Assembly (NCBI GenBank): GCA_048772705.1
Contig: JBLWGC010000104.1
Span: forward strand, 1,205,394-1,269,393
Length of the DNA stretch: 64,000 nt
Source: Leidyana gryllorum EB-2025a
Taxonomy: Eukaryota > Protista > Apicomplexa
Direction of reading: 5' to 3'
How positions within the stretch are numbered: the stretch's first letter is position 1; every line of letters begins with the position of its first letter. The position numbers were made by a program, and so were the translations under genes. Below, one piece after another: positions 50,542-61,576 of the stretch. Below the pieces are notes generated by a model. The model was not told the origin of the DNA, searched no databases, and saw nothing but the letters and a program-made list of their open reading frames with translations.

Positions 50542-52224
50542 TTAGATGGGGCTCGTGTCCTGAGGGCGTCGATCATAATGCGCCGCCTCATCGGCCACTT
50601 GCTCCACTATACATCGCCGACTCTGTTTCACACATCCTCCACACCGCTTCACGCATCCAGATGTTATCACTTCACTCTCAGTGTCACTCTTCAGTTTTGA
50701 ATGAGATTGATGCAGAAGTTTCAGCTTCTCTGGTGAGAGCCGATTGTTGCGTGTGTAGAAAGACACCGTTTTGGGCGTATTGGTCGCCGCACACCGCCAG
50801 GAGACAGTCGCAAGCCCGTTGATGTCGATGGCGAAGGTACAATCAATTTCTGTCTCCGCCGTTGGTGAAGGCGACAGACCGTCAATTTTCGCTACACCGA
50901 TCTCATCATTCCTCTTCAAGTCCACATAGGTCCCCTCATAGATCGTCTCCAGCAGTTCCGTCTCCTCGGGTCGCGCTGTCGCCAGTCTCATCTCAACTGA
51001 AGTCGGTAGAGCCGTGTTACGGGCGATCAGCGCGTAAAACTGCCCATTATAGGCATCGCCAAAGGGTACCACAGTATGGAGCACTCCGCCCAGCCCCCGC
51101 AAGGCCTCGCCTTGGAGGGCGGCGCCATGAACCACTGTTCTCCCCACTTCAATCAAATCGTGGATCTTTCGACCGAAATCTTTGACGATGCGGTTTCGAA
51201 GGCCTTCCATCTGACTGCCACCACCGAATAGAAAAACGTTCGACAAATTATCGGCAGTCAAAGAAGCCTCCGCCAACGCACTCCGTAATGTTTCCAAACA
51301 GCTGTCAAAGCAGTCGGAGCTCAGCTCATTGAGTAGTTCGCGAGATATATTGAATGTACATCTAAGATTGAGAATGTTACAGTCAATCTTGGTGCACTCC
51401 GAATGGGATAATTCTTCTTTGACCTGCTCACAGCGCAATTCAAGCCAACGATACAGTTTTTCATTGTCAGTCAAATCGACTTTGTGGTCACATTTGAGGT
51501 CGGTGAGGCAGTGTTTCACCAACGCAGTCGTCGTAGTCTTACCAACATTGATAGTGTTTGCACTTGTGGTGTGCACAAGAAAGTCTTTACCGGATATGTG
51601 AAACAGCCACACTTTCAATGACTCTCCGACATCGCAGAAGAGCGCGTTTTGGAAATCGTATTCCTTCAAACCATACTTGTGAGCATACGCGAGTCCGCAC
51701 GCCTCCCGCTCGGATATGATTTCACGTATATTGAGGCCGGCGATTCTGTCAGCAGCTTTTATCGCTTCTAGTCCAGCAGAGTGGAACGCCAAAGGAGTTG
51801 TAATTACCGCCTCCAAAACTTGACAACTCAGATACTTCTCGGCAGCCTCTCTGATGTTAGCAAACAAGAACGCGAGCACCTCTTCTGGGTGGAAAGTACG
51901 CAGTTCTCCAAAGCATCTCATCTCAACCAACACATCGTCACCAAAGCCTTTGAGGAGTGATATCGGCTGTCGACTTTCGTCACGCCACCTCACGGCATCA
52001 TCATAGCGGAGCCCAATTAATCCTCTGATGTCATGGATAGTGCTTTCAGGCGGCGCCAGTATCGCTTCAGCTCCAACCACAATCCCTTTGTCCGTAAAGG
52101 CGACGACATTCTGCAGCTTTTCCGCCCCGTGAATCGGAATCAGCTCCACGGAGTCTCCTCTAATTACCGCTGCCGACAACGAATGACTGCCAAAGTCAAT
52201 GCCAATGATGTACGTTTGAGACAT
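50542..52224 (-). CDS. Divergent Hsp70-like protein, array copy 3
   Basis: GIDFG, PEEVLA, AVITTP, CEQVKEELS, IARNTALPT, IYEG, FAIDING. Confidence 0.88.
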   Translation of the reverse strand: MSQTYIIGIDFGSHSLSAAVIRGDSVELIPIHGAEKLQNVVAFTDKGIVVGAEAILAPPESTIHDIRGLIGLRYDDAVRWRDESRQPISLLKGFGDDVLVEMRCFGELRTFHPEEVLAFLFANIREAAEKYLSCQVLEAVITTPLAFHSAGLEAIKAADRIAGLNIREIISEREACGLAYAHKYGLKEYDFQNALFCDVGESLKVWLFHISGKDFLVHTTSANTINVGKTTTTALVKHCLTDLKCDHKVDLTDNEKLYRWLELRCEQVKEELSHSECTKIDCNILNLRCTFNISRELLNELSSDCFDSCLETLRSALAEASLTADNLSNVFLFGGGSQMEGLRNRIVKDFGRKIHDLIEVGRTVVHGAALQGEALRGLGGVLHTVVPFGDAYNGQFYALIARNTALPTSVEMRLATARPEETELLETIYEGTYVDLKRNDEIGVAKIDGLSPSPTAETEIDCTFAIDINGLATVSWRCAATNTPKTVSFYTRNNRLSPEKLKLLHQSHSKLKSDTESEVITSGCVKRCGGCVKQSRRCIVEQVADEAAHYDRRPQDTSPI

Positions 52225-52356
52225 TCGGCTATTATTCTCTACTCCACCCTCCTCTCTGCCGTGTAAAATATTCGAATTCCAATCTCTCCAGCTACTCCAG
52301 AGACCCACCCAAGTCTTCTCAGCTCAACCAAAACTTTGCAATGTTCATCGGTCTTG

Positions 52357-54273
52357 TCAGATCCCATCCCCCACCACAGTCGCGCCCTCTCCGGCTTTTA
52401 GGCACTCAGTGCAGCTCGGGTCAGCGGTCGACACATCAGTGACGAACAGCGGGTAATGTTGTGTCTCCTCCCGCAATTGTTGGACAATGGATTCTCGCCC
52501 CGAGACATCACACTGTTTGTCACCGCTCTCTTCTTCAGACTGTTTTTCACCGCTCTCTTCTTCACACTGTGTGTCACCGCTCTCTTCTTCACACTGTTTG
52601 TCACCGCTTTCTTCTTCACACTGTTTGTCACCGCTTTCTTCTTCACACTGTTTGTCACCGCTCCCTTCTTCAACTCCTTTTCTCTCGTTACTCCCTCCTT
52701 CACCCTCAGTTTGCTTCGTTCCTAGTGTCTCTTCCAAAAGGCTCAGATGTTTTTGTTTGAGGCCATCCAGTTGTATGGGTAAAAGACGACTCGTCCGCAC
52801 ACTGAACGATGAGGAGGCCGATTTATCGGCGGGCTCACACACAGCAGACACAGTCGCCTCGCCCGTCAGTGCCACTTTGATGGTGATGGAGACCTTAACA
52901 TCGCGCGCGGGTGCTGGCGGCAAACCAGTAATGCTCGAAGTGTTCAACTGTCTGTTCGACGTTGCCACGATGTTGTCGCCTTCATAGCAAGACAGATCCA
53001 TGGTCCTTTGATTGTCGGATCCTGTTGTGAGGCAGCGTGTCACAAAAGTGGGCAGTCGGGTATATCGCGGGATATAGATATTCATTGTGTCGCCAGCGGA
53101 ACGCCATCCAATTGGGAACAGAATGTAAGGCTCCCCTTGCAGACAGTGGAGGTAGGCAGCGCGAATAGCGGCACCAAAAACAACGGCTTCTCGTTCTTCC
53201 AGCAGAGTGATCGACTTCCCATTGGCACTCTTTTCAATACGGTCTCGTAAGCCTTCGGTCCGGCATCCACCACCGAGCAGAAAGATTTTCTTCACGTCAC
53301 TCTTCGGGATTGTGGTATCCTCCAGTGTACTTCTTACAGCGGCGACACAGCTGTTGAATTGGTCGGATTGCAGATCGTTGAACGAGTGGGGCGACACTGT
53401 GAAAGGGTATTTGGAATCGATAATCTCAACATCGAATCTGATACAATCCGATGTCGTCTGTTCTCTTAAGGCTTTCTCACAACGCGAATGCACTCTACGA
53501 TAGATCTCATCGCTCTCAGTCAGATCGATTTTGTGGTCATTCTTCAGTTCCTCAATACAGTGTTTGGCCAAAGAGTCGGTCGCATCGGCACTTTTTATTT
53601 CCTCTCCGGTTGGGTGGACGAGAAAGTCTCCATTGCGCTTCCTCACGCGCCACAGTTTCGCGGAGACTCCAATATCGAGGAAGAGTGCGTCCTCAGCGAC
53701 GAGTGCGGGTGACAGGTGTCTGCAATACGCAGTTCCACACGCGTCGCGCTCATTGATTACGCCACGGACACTGAGCCCCGCGATTTGGCCGGCGAACTCA
53801 ACCGCGCGGATTCCATCAAAGTGGAAATCCAACGGAACAGTGATCACCGCCTCAGATATTTCGCACTCCAAATGCGATTCTGCCGCCTTTCGGATGGCGC
53901 CGAAAATGAGTGCGAGTATTTCTTCCGGACGGAAGCTGTGGGATTCCCCTCTATATCTCATTTCGATTTGAGCGTCGTCCTCTAATCCTCGGACGAGCTT
54001 CAGCGTCTGCCGCGTCTTCGCCCGCCATTCGACTGCCGCATCGTATTTGAGTCCAATCAGTCCTCTGATATCACATACAGTGTTTTGGGGCGGCGCTTCG
54101 GTGGCGGCCCTCCCGACGGCAACACCACTCTCCGTGAAGGCGACGGCATTCCGAAGCCTCTTTTCGCCCAGAATTGGGATTACTTCGGGCTTTCCCTCGC
54201 GCCAGATAGCCGCTGAGGAATATCGGGTGCCAAAGTCGATGCCGATTATGCGTTGTTCAACAGCGTGAACCAT
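52357..54273 (-). CDS. Divergent Hsp70-like protein, array copy 4
   Basis: GIDFGTRYS, AVITVP, IAGLSVRGVINE, LLGGG, TTGSDNQ, YEGD, ITGLPPAPA. Confidence 0.88.
   Translation of the reverse strand: MVHAVEQRIIGIDFGTRYSSAAIWREGKPEVIPILGEKRLRNAVAFTESGVAVGRAATEAPPQNTVCDIRGLIGLKYDAAVEWRAKTRQTLKLVRGLEDDAQIEMRYRGESHSFRPEEILALIFGAIRKAAESHLECEISEAVITVPLDFHFDGIRAVEFAGQIAGLSVRGVINERDACGTAYCRHLSPALVAEDALFLDIGVSAKLWRVRKRNGDFLVHPTGEEIKSADATDSLAKHCIEELKNDHKIDLTESDEIYRRVHSRCEKALREQTTSDCIRFDVEIIDSKYPFTVSPHSFNDLQSDQFNSCVAAVRSTLEDTTIPKSDVKKIFLLGGGCRTEGLRDRIEKSANGKSITLLEEREAVVFGAAIRAAYLHCLQGEPYILFPIGWRSAGDTMNIYIPRYTRLPTFVTRCLTTGSDNQRTMDLSCYEGDNIVATSNRQLNTSSITGLPPAPARDVKVSITIKVALTGEATVSAVCEPADKSASSSFSVRTSRLLPIQLDGLKQKHLSLLEETLGTKQTEGEGGSNERKGVEEGSGDKQCEEESGDKQCEEESGDKQCEEESGDTQCEEESGEKQSEEESGDKQCDVSGRESIVQQLREETQHYPLFVTDVSTADPSCTECLKAGEGATVVGDGI
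52508..52671 (-). repeat. 27-bp coding minisatellite, ~6 units (EEESGDKQC)
   Basis: tcacactgtttgtcaccgctctcttct repeated with substitutions. Confidence 0.9.
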
Positions 54274-54735
54274 TCTCACCGGACTTCCAGTACTCGCCGC
54301 CAATTGCCTCCGGTCGACAGTTGGACAGATAAATTTCAGGGGTGTCCAATTCTAAGATTCAGCACACAGCGACTCTCTCAACACTCTCTCCGTCTTACAG
54401 TAATAGTTTGGACCGACACCGGAAGATCCTCCAGTGGGACCGATGTGGAACAGCGTACTCATTTCAGTCTGTCCCGACCGCAGACAATGTGTCATTGTGA
54501 CTTATCCGTCCGATGCATCGGTCTCGACTCAGTGAGTTTTTCGCAGTACGATGGTGTGAGAGATAGTTGTGGTGGATGGGTGGGCAATCTGTGTGTCGTG
54601 GAGACGACAGCAACACGGCTTCTCTCCAAGATATTGGTGCCCATCACCATCGAGCCTCATTCATCAACCGCTGCTCAGCTTCACCCTCGCGGCTCGATGC
54701 AGTCGACGAGGAGTCTAGCTGGAAGGGCATCAATT

Positions 54736-56477
54736 TTAGATCAATCGGCGTAACTTGCGTCGGGTTGTCGACACGTCATTTGTGGATCGTCGATAAGATT
54801 GTGTCTCGTCCTCCAGCTGTTGGCGTACGCGATCTCGCCAGGAAACGTTACCATCTTCGCCACCGCTGTCCCCTTCGAATCCGGATCCTCGGCTCTTCTC
54901 AGTCCCCGCTTTGTCCTCAGCTCTGCCCTCCACTTCCGTCTCTTCCAAAAGGCTCAAATGTTTCTGTTTGAGGCCATTCAGTTGTATGGGTAAAACTCGA
55001 CTCGTCCGCACACTGAACGATGAGGAGGCCGAACTATCGCCCGGCTCAAACACAGCAGACACAGTCGCTTCTCCCATCAGCCCCACTTTGAGAGTGGTGG
55101 GGACCGTAACATCGCCCGCGGGTGCTGGCGGGAATCCGACAATCTCCAACAGGGTGAGCTGTGATTGGACTTCACCAAAATGTTGTCGCCTTCAGGAGAA
55201 CTGAATACCCATTCCCGTTTGGTTCTCGTCTGCTGTACATAGAGTTTGCGTGAACACAGTGGGCAGTGCTGTGTATCGCCGGACGTATATATCCAGTATT
55301 CCATCCACGTCTCGGCGTCCGATCGGAAACAGTGTGTGAGGCTTCCCTTGCAGACTGTGGAGGTCGGCAGCGCGAATAGCGGCACCAACAACAACGGCTT
55401 CTCGTTCTTCCAGCAGAGTGATGGACTTCCCATTGGCACTCTTTTCAATACGGTCTCGTAAGCCTTCGGTCCGGCATCCACCACCGAGCAGAAAGATTTT
55501 CTTCACGTCACTCCTCGGTATTGCGGTATCCTCCAGTGTAGTTCTCACAGCCGCGACACAGCTGTTGAATTGGTCGGGTTGTAGTTCCTTCGCCACTGCC
55601 AAAGAGTACTTGGAATCGATAATCTCAACATCGAATCTGATGCAATCCGATGTCGTCTGTTCTCTGAGGGCTTTCTCACAACGCGAATGCACTCTACGAT
55701 AGATCTCATCGCTCTCTATCAGATCGATGTTGTGGTCATTCTTCAGTTCCTCAATACAGTGTTTGGCCAAAGAATCGGTCGCATCGGCACTTTTTATTTC
55801 CTCTCCGGTTGGGTGGACGAGAAAGTCTCCATTGCGCTTTCTCACGCGCCACAGTTTCGCGGAGACTCCAATATCGAGAAAAAGTGCGTCCTCAGCGACG
55901 AGTGCGGGTGACAGGTGTCTGCAATACGCAGTTCCACACGCGTCGCGCTCATTGATTACCCCACGAACACTGAGCCCCGCGATTTGGCCGGCGAGCTCAA
56001 TCGCGCGGATTCCACCAAAGTGGAAATCCAACGGAACAGTGATCACCGCCTCAAATGATTTCGCACTCCAAATGCGATTCTGCCGCCTTTCGGATGGCGC
56101 CGAAAATGAGTGCGAGTATTTCTTCCGGACGGAAGCTGTGGGATTCCCCTCTATATCTCATTTCGATTTGAGCGTCGTTTCTCAATCCTCTGACAAGATT
56201 CAGCGTCTGGCGAGTTTGATTTCGCCATTCGACTGCCGCATCGTATTTGAGTCCAATCAGTCCCCTAATATCACACACAGTGTTTTGAGGCGGTGCTTCG
56301 GTGGCGGCAGCTCCAATGACGACTCCCGACGGCAACACCACTCTCCGTGAAGGCGACGGCATTCCGAAGCCTCTTTTCGCCCAGAATTGGGATTACTTCG
56401 GGCTTTCCCTCGCGCCAGATAGCCGCTGAGGAATATCGGGTGCCAAAGTCGATACCAATTATGCGGTTTTCGGACAT
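54736..56477 (-). pseudogene. Frameshifted Hsp70-like copy 5 (close paralog of copy 4)
   Basis: Hsp70 sequence is split over ORFs 56271-56570, 56051-56362, 55192-56046 and 54736-55149. Indels relative to copy 4 at ~56325 (+13), ~56052 (+1), ~55195 (+1) and ~55165 (-1). Confidence 0.8.
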
Positions 56478-56827
56478 CGCAGTCCACTTCTCTATGCTCA
56501 GGCAGATTGTTCCGCTTCCGAGGTGAGATCTGAGCGAGTGACCACGCAGAAGAATCAAATCACAGCTCACATCAATTGTAACGAGTTGACTTTGTCAGTA
56601 TTCGTTTGAAGTCGAGTACAGCGGTATATCGGCATTCAGTGATGTTTGCTTCGATGGGGCGAACGGAAGATCGGGCGCATTCCGACAGATTCAGCCAAAA
56701 TTTGCACAAAATCAAGTTGCTCCATTATTGATCTACAGACTGTCCAAATTGACGCCCAGCGGATCTCAATGGGCCACAGCAGACAGGAATGTGGGGGGAT
56801 GGCTCAAAAGTCATCTTGTGGGAACAC

Positions 56828-58474
56828 TCAAACAGCCTTTGAGTGGCCCACAGGCAGTGACAGATGGTGGCGAGTCTCATCCAGCAATTGCTGTCTAATG
56901 TGGTGGGAGCTCAACTTTTCGCGGTCCCCGACTTCCCTCATGGCTCTGCTCTCTGGTTGAAGTAACAGTCGGTGTCTCTCTGCGAGGACTCCCAATCGAG
57001 CAGGTGCCGACAGAGAGCTGTGAATGCAGAAGCTGAGAGTGCTCACAAATTCCCTCCAGTTATTCACGAGGGAGAAAGACCCACTTCCGTCGACGCCGAT
57101 GTGCACCGAAACGTCGTTTTTCTCTCTGTTGCGACCACCAGAGGCCGATGGATGTTGTACAGCGAGAGAAGCATTTTGAATAGCGTCCACCCAGGGGCCT
57201 TCTGACAAAAAGTAACACTCCTTGTCAGCACACCGTGTCCAAGTGGAAGTGTGAGAGATCGGTAGTGGTGTGTAGCGGGGGATCACAATGGAGGCTTCGT
57301 GCAACGAGCAGTCCAGTATTGGGAGCAAAGTATGAGGTTTTTGGTCGACATTGTGGAGAATGTTTCCCAATATGGCGGCCCCGAAAGCCACCGATCTTCT
57401 CGCATCTTCAGAATTACATACTTCCACTTGAAGCTCGAAGTTATCCACAATTGTTTCGTAAGGCTCTTCCATATGCGAGCCACCCCCGAGCAGAAACACT
57501 TTGTCAACGCCGGATGCTTCTCGTGTGACAATATTCACCGCCTCCAGATACTGTTGGCAGCGTTGGAAGTTGAGCGCAATCAAGTGATCGCAGCCGACCT
57601 CGAGCTGACAGGTGGACGCGATGATCTCCACATCAAATTGAGCGCGATTCGACGTTGTCAGTTCCTGAATGGCCTTCTCGCATTGCGAATGGAGTCTGCG
57701 ATAAACCCCATCGTTCACAGTCAGATCGATCCCGACTTCATTCTTGAGCCTCTCAAGGCAGTAGCTGATCAACGAATCTGTGAGGTCGCAGTCCACAAGA
57801 CGGGCTACTTGAGTGTCAGTGTTAAAGATGAGAAAGTCGTTGCGTTCCTTTCGCATATGCCACAGTTTCAGCGAGGTTCCCATATCAACGAAGAGTACGT
57901 CTTCAAGGGTGTCAGATGGCTGCAGGTGTTTACAGAGAGCGAATCCACACGCGTCGCGCTCTGCGATGACTTCACACACACTGAGACCCGCGATTCGGCC
58001 GGCGAACTCAATTGCGCGGATTCCATCAGAGTGGAAATCTAACGGAACGGTGATGACCGCCTCAGATACTTCGCACTGCAGATGGAATTCTGCGGCTTTT
58101 CGAATGACGCCAAAAATGAAGGCGAGTATCTCCTCCGGACGGAAGATTTGCAATTCTTCGCCACATGACATTTTGATATAAACATTGTGTGCCATTCCTC
58201 GGACGAGATCCAGCGGCTGCCGCGTCTTCGCCCGCCATTCGACCGCCGCATCGTATTTGAGTCCAATCAGTCCCCTGATATCACACACAGTGTTCTGGGG
58301 AGGTGCGTTGGTGGCAGCGCTTCCCACAGCGATACCGCTCTCAGTGAACGCCACGGCATTCCGAAGCCTCTCTTGGCCCAGGATTGGGATCGCCTCAAGT
58401 TTCCCTCCTCGGCAGATAGCCGCCGAGGAATATCGGGTCCCGAAATCGATACCGATTATGCGATTCTGAGTCAT
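56828..58474 (-). CDS. Divergent Hsp70-like protein, array copy 6
   Basis: GIDFGTRYS, PEEILA, AVITVP, CEKA, LLGGGS, IPRYTPLP. Confidence 0.88.
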   Translation of the reverse strand: MTQNRIIGIDFGTRYSSAAICRGGKLEAIPILGQERLRNAVAFTESGIAVGSAATNAPPQNTVCDIRGLIGLKYDAAVEWRAKTRQPLDLVRGMAHNVYIKMSCGEELQIFRPEEILAFIFGVIRKAAEFHLQCEVSEAVITVPLDFHSDGIRAIEFAGRIAGLSVCEVIAERDACGFALCKHLQPSDTLEDVLFVDMGTSLKLWHMRKERNDFLIFNTDTQVARLVDCDLTDSLISYCLERLKNEVGIDLTVNDGVYRRLHSQCEKAIQELTTSNRAQFDVEIIASTCQLEVGCDHLIALNFQRCQQYLEAVNIVTREASGVDKVFLLGGGSHMEEPYETIVDNFELQVEVCNSEDARRSVAFGAAILGNILHNVDQKPHTLLPILDCSLHEASIVIPRYTPLPISHTSTWTRCADKECYFLSEGPWVDAIQNASLAVQHPSASGGRNREKNDVSVHIGVDGSGSFSLVNNWREFVSTLSFCIHSSLSAPARLGVLAERHRLLLQPESRAMREVGDREKLSSHHIRQQLLDETRHHLSLPVGHSKAV

Positions 58475-58841
58475 TGCAGTCCACTTATCTATGCTCAGGC
58501 AGATCCTTCCGCTGCCGAGCTCGGATCTGAGTTAATAATCTCAAAAGTCAGCTGCACATAATTTTCGGCTCACATGGATTATCACAAATTGGCCTCTCAG
58601 CGTTCGATTCGGGGTAAAGTGAAGTTGAGTAGAGCGATGTATTGACCTTCAGTGATATCCATGCCCAACTCGCCGAACGACAGATCGATCGCGTTCCGAT
58701 GGAATCCGCCAAAATTTTGACACATTCAAGTCGGCCGCAACGGAACTACACTCCCGTCCGATAAGAAAAAGTTGACCGATAATCGATCGTTCACAACAGA
58801 AAAAGACGAGGACGCGCGACAATGGGATGCATAGGAAAATG

Positions 58842-59664
58842 TTATCCCCAACGAGAGCTCGAATTCTCCCATCGATGAGATCGGACGCCGCCCACCGCGC
58901 ATGAAAGTGTCGACCCCGCGCCAGACGGAGCGTCGTGCATCAAAACAGCTTTCGGCAATGAGGATGCGGGCTGAGCAGTTTCGAGGGAGAATGGTCCATT
59001 CTCATTGACGCAATATTGCAATAGTAGAGGATTCCTCAAGGTGCTGTTGATGGAGGGCACTGTGAGCCATCAAAAGCCAACGATCTCTCCGCGTCCTCAG
59101 CAGCAAAGAAGTCCGTCTCGAAGTGCTGAAGGCACCTCGGATCGTCTTTTGAAGTTCTCCCCCTGTGACAATGACCGACTGGCAGAATCACGTGGGAGGC
59201 CAGCGAATTCAAATGCTCCGATTCCATCAAAGTGGAAAGCAAAACAGCGGCACCACCGTATGAGACACATTGCACTTCGAATGGATTACAGGCGCCTCCC
59301 CGAATGGCTCCCATTGAGAAGGCGAGCAGCTCTCCGGAAGTACCGATTACACTTAGAGTCAACTTGAGTGTTCACATCCGAATGTCGGACGCGATTTAGC
59401 CGCTGCGGCGTCTCCTCCCGCCATACGATTGCCGCATCATATTCGCGTCCCCGGGTTCACACACAGTGGTTCGAGGAAGGTTCCGATTGCGGAGGTTCCA
59501 CAGTGACAACCGTCTGTGCAGAGGCAACGGCATTCAGAATTTTCTGCGGGATGAGAGTTGGAACGCCGCCCCCCCGTTTCGCTCTTTCGCACACAGGCGC
59601 CGAGGGTTATCGAGTGCCGAGCGGTTACGGACGTCGGAGACACGTTGTGTGAAGAATCGCTCAA
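58842..59664 (-). pseudogene. Heavily decayed 5' fragment of an Hsp70-like copy (copy 7); limits approximate
   Basis: Remnants LGTR*, KILNAVA, EYDAAIVWREET and FHFDGIGAFEFAG match copies 4-6 but are interrupted by stops and frameshifts. Confidence 0.7.
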
Positions 59665-59869
59665 GAGTGGGTGAGGAGACGTCGGGGAGGAAGTGATGGG
59701 GTAATCCGCTGGCTTTGGTATTGAAGGCAGAAATGTTCCGTCTACTGTAACATTTTGCCATCAATCTGGAGGGACTGTTAAGCAAGTTGGATCACCAATT
59801 TGGCTCATTGTATACGTCCACGGTGCACGTGTTGACCACACAACGAGATCATTGTAGCAGTGAGTGGTA

Positions 59870-61576
59870 TCAACCGCAGCCACAGTGGTCGTAATGTCGA
59901 GTTTCGTCCAGTACCTGTTTTGCGATACAACGGCGACTCGGGCGCTCACACCCTTCGCATTCTCCCACCTCTTCACAAACCTTGCGTCCGCCTTGTAGTA
60001 TCTCAGCACTTGCAACTTTCAGCCTCCCAGCCATTTTTGGAGACATCAAACTGCTACGGGTGTAGAAGGGCACGGACATTGTTGTATTTGTAGAAAGACA
60101 GCGCGCTGAGAGACTTCCAATTCCATCTGTCTCCACCCTAAATGTGAACTCGGCTTCCTTCATCTCAGGACATTTCGACAGGAAGTCTGCCAGCGGAAAT
60201 ACGGCTAACACTTGGTTCCGATCTCTTTGAACAAAATAGCCCTCCATCACCCCAACGCCCTCCATTGCCAGGGAATCCAGATCGGACCATCTCCACGTAC
60301 GAACAGCCGGCAGTTCTGACAGTTCATAGAGGACAGGCATAAAACAAGTTCTGGAATGGTACAGTCCGAGAGGAACCACAATGGGAGGACTGTTATCGAG
60401 GCGACTTGGTTGCCTGGCTCGGACAAGGGCACCATATACGATATCGATGTATGGATCTATCGAGTCATAAATCTCGACAGTGTGACCGTTGAAAAACTCG
60501 TGGATGCGATCTCGCAGCAGCCAAGATCCGCCACCAATTATAGCAACCCTCTGCACCTGATGTTTCGCAATATTAGCGTCCCTCAGTACGACCTCGATGA
60601 CTTTCATACATATGTCGAAGCTCTTCTGATTCAGATCATTGAACTTATCGCGTGACGCCTCAACGTAAGACTCGAGGTTGGACAGATCTGACTCGAGGTT
60701 GGACAGATCTGACTTCAGTGTCACTCGCTTCAGTGTGACACGCTCCGATTCTCTGGACTCCTCAATTGCAGATTCACACTGTAATTTGAGAGCCCAATAC
60801 AAAGAATCCCTCGCGGTAAACTCGTCCGCGCTCCCGTCTCCGAGGCACAACCTCACCAATGTATCGGTCAAGAGACTACCAAAATCAACAACGTTGTTTT
60901 TGGTTGCGTAAGCGAGGCAGGGAAGTCTTCCTTGTTTTTTAAGGAGCCAAAGCTTCAGAGAGACTCCGCAATCACACACCAACATCGTATCCCCTCGAAG
61001 TGTCTCTCCATCTTGGGCATGGACGTTTCTCATCGACGCTAATCGGCAGGCCTCCCGCTCCGAGATCACTTCCAGGACAGTCAGACCCGCAATTTGGCCA
61101 GCGAGCTCGATAGCTCGGACTCCGCCTGAATGAAAATTCAACGGAGCCGTCACCACCGCCGCAGATACCTCACACATCTGATACTCCTCTGCCGCCTTTT
61201 TGATAGTTCCGAATATCAAAGCGAGTACCTCCTCGGGACGAAATCGACGGATCTCTCCACGCCACTTCACTTCGATAAGAAACGTGTCCGCCGCGGCGCG
61301 GACCAGAGAGATTGGCTGCCGAGTACGCGCGCGCAATTTGACTGCCTCGTCATACGTGAGGCCAATGAAACTTCGGATATCATGAACGGCAATGTCGGAA
61401 GGGGCATTCCGAGCAGCGGCTCCGACTACGACACCTTCGTCCGTAAAGGCGACGACATTCAGCAGCTTCTCTGCCCCCAAAATTGGGATAGTATTGTCTG
61501 ATTCGGGACTTCTGCCTATCGCTGCTCTCGAATAGCGGCTCCCAAAGTCAATGCCAATGACGCGATTTTCAGACAT
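59870..61576 (-). CDS. Divergent Hsp70-like protein, array copy 8
   Basis: GIDFGSRYS, PEEVLA, AVVTAP, IAGLTVLEVISE, IIGGGS. Confidence 0.88.
   Translation of the reverse strand: MSENRVIGIDFGSRYSRAAIGRSPESDNTIPILGAEKLLNVVAFTDEGVVVGAAARNAPSDIAVHDIRSFIGLTYDEAVKLRARTRQPISLVRAAADTFLIEVKWRGEIRRFRPEEVLALIFGTIKKAAEEYQMCEVSAAVVTAPLNFHSGGVRAIELAGQIAGLTVLEVISEREACRLASMRNVHAQDGETLRGDTMLVCDCGVSLKLWLLKKQGRLPCLAYATKNNVVDFGSLLTDTLVRLCLGDGSADEFTARDSLYWALKLQCESAIEESRESERVTLKRVTLKSDLSNLESDLSNLESYVEASRDKFNDLNQKSFDICMKVIEVVLRDANIAKHQVQRVAIIGGGSWLLRDRIHEFFNGHTVEIYDSIDPYIDIVYGALVRARQPSRLDNSPPIVVPLGLYHSRTCFMPVLYELSELPAVRTWRWSDLDSLAMEGVGVMEGYFVQRDRNQVLAVFPLADFLSKCPEMKEAEFTFRVETDGIGSLSARCLSTNTTMSVPFYTRSSLMSPKMAGRLKVASAEILQGGRKVCEEVGECEGCERPSRRCIAKQVLDETRHYDHCGCG
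60669..60714 (-). repeat. Perfect 21-bp in-frame tandem duplication (SDLSNLE x2) in copy 8
   Basis: gactcgaggttggacagatct x2. Confidence 0.85.

Noticed and set aside
52508-52671. CRISPR-like repeat array
   Set aside because: The units are contiguous with no spacers, in-frame in a eukaryotic CDS, and there are no cas genes.
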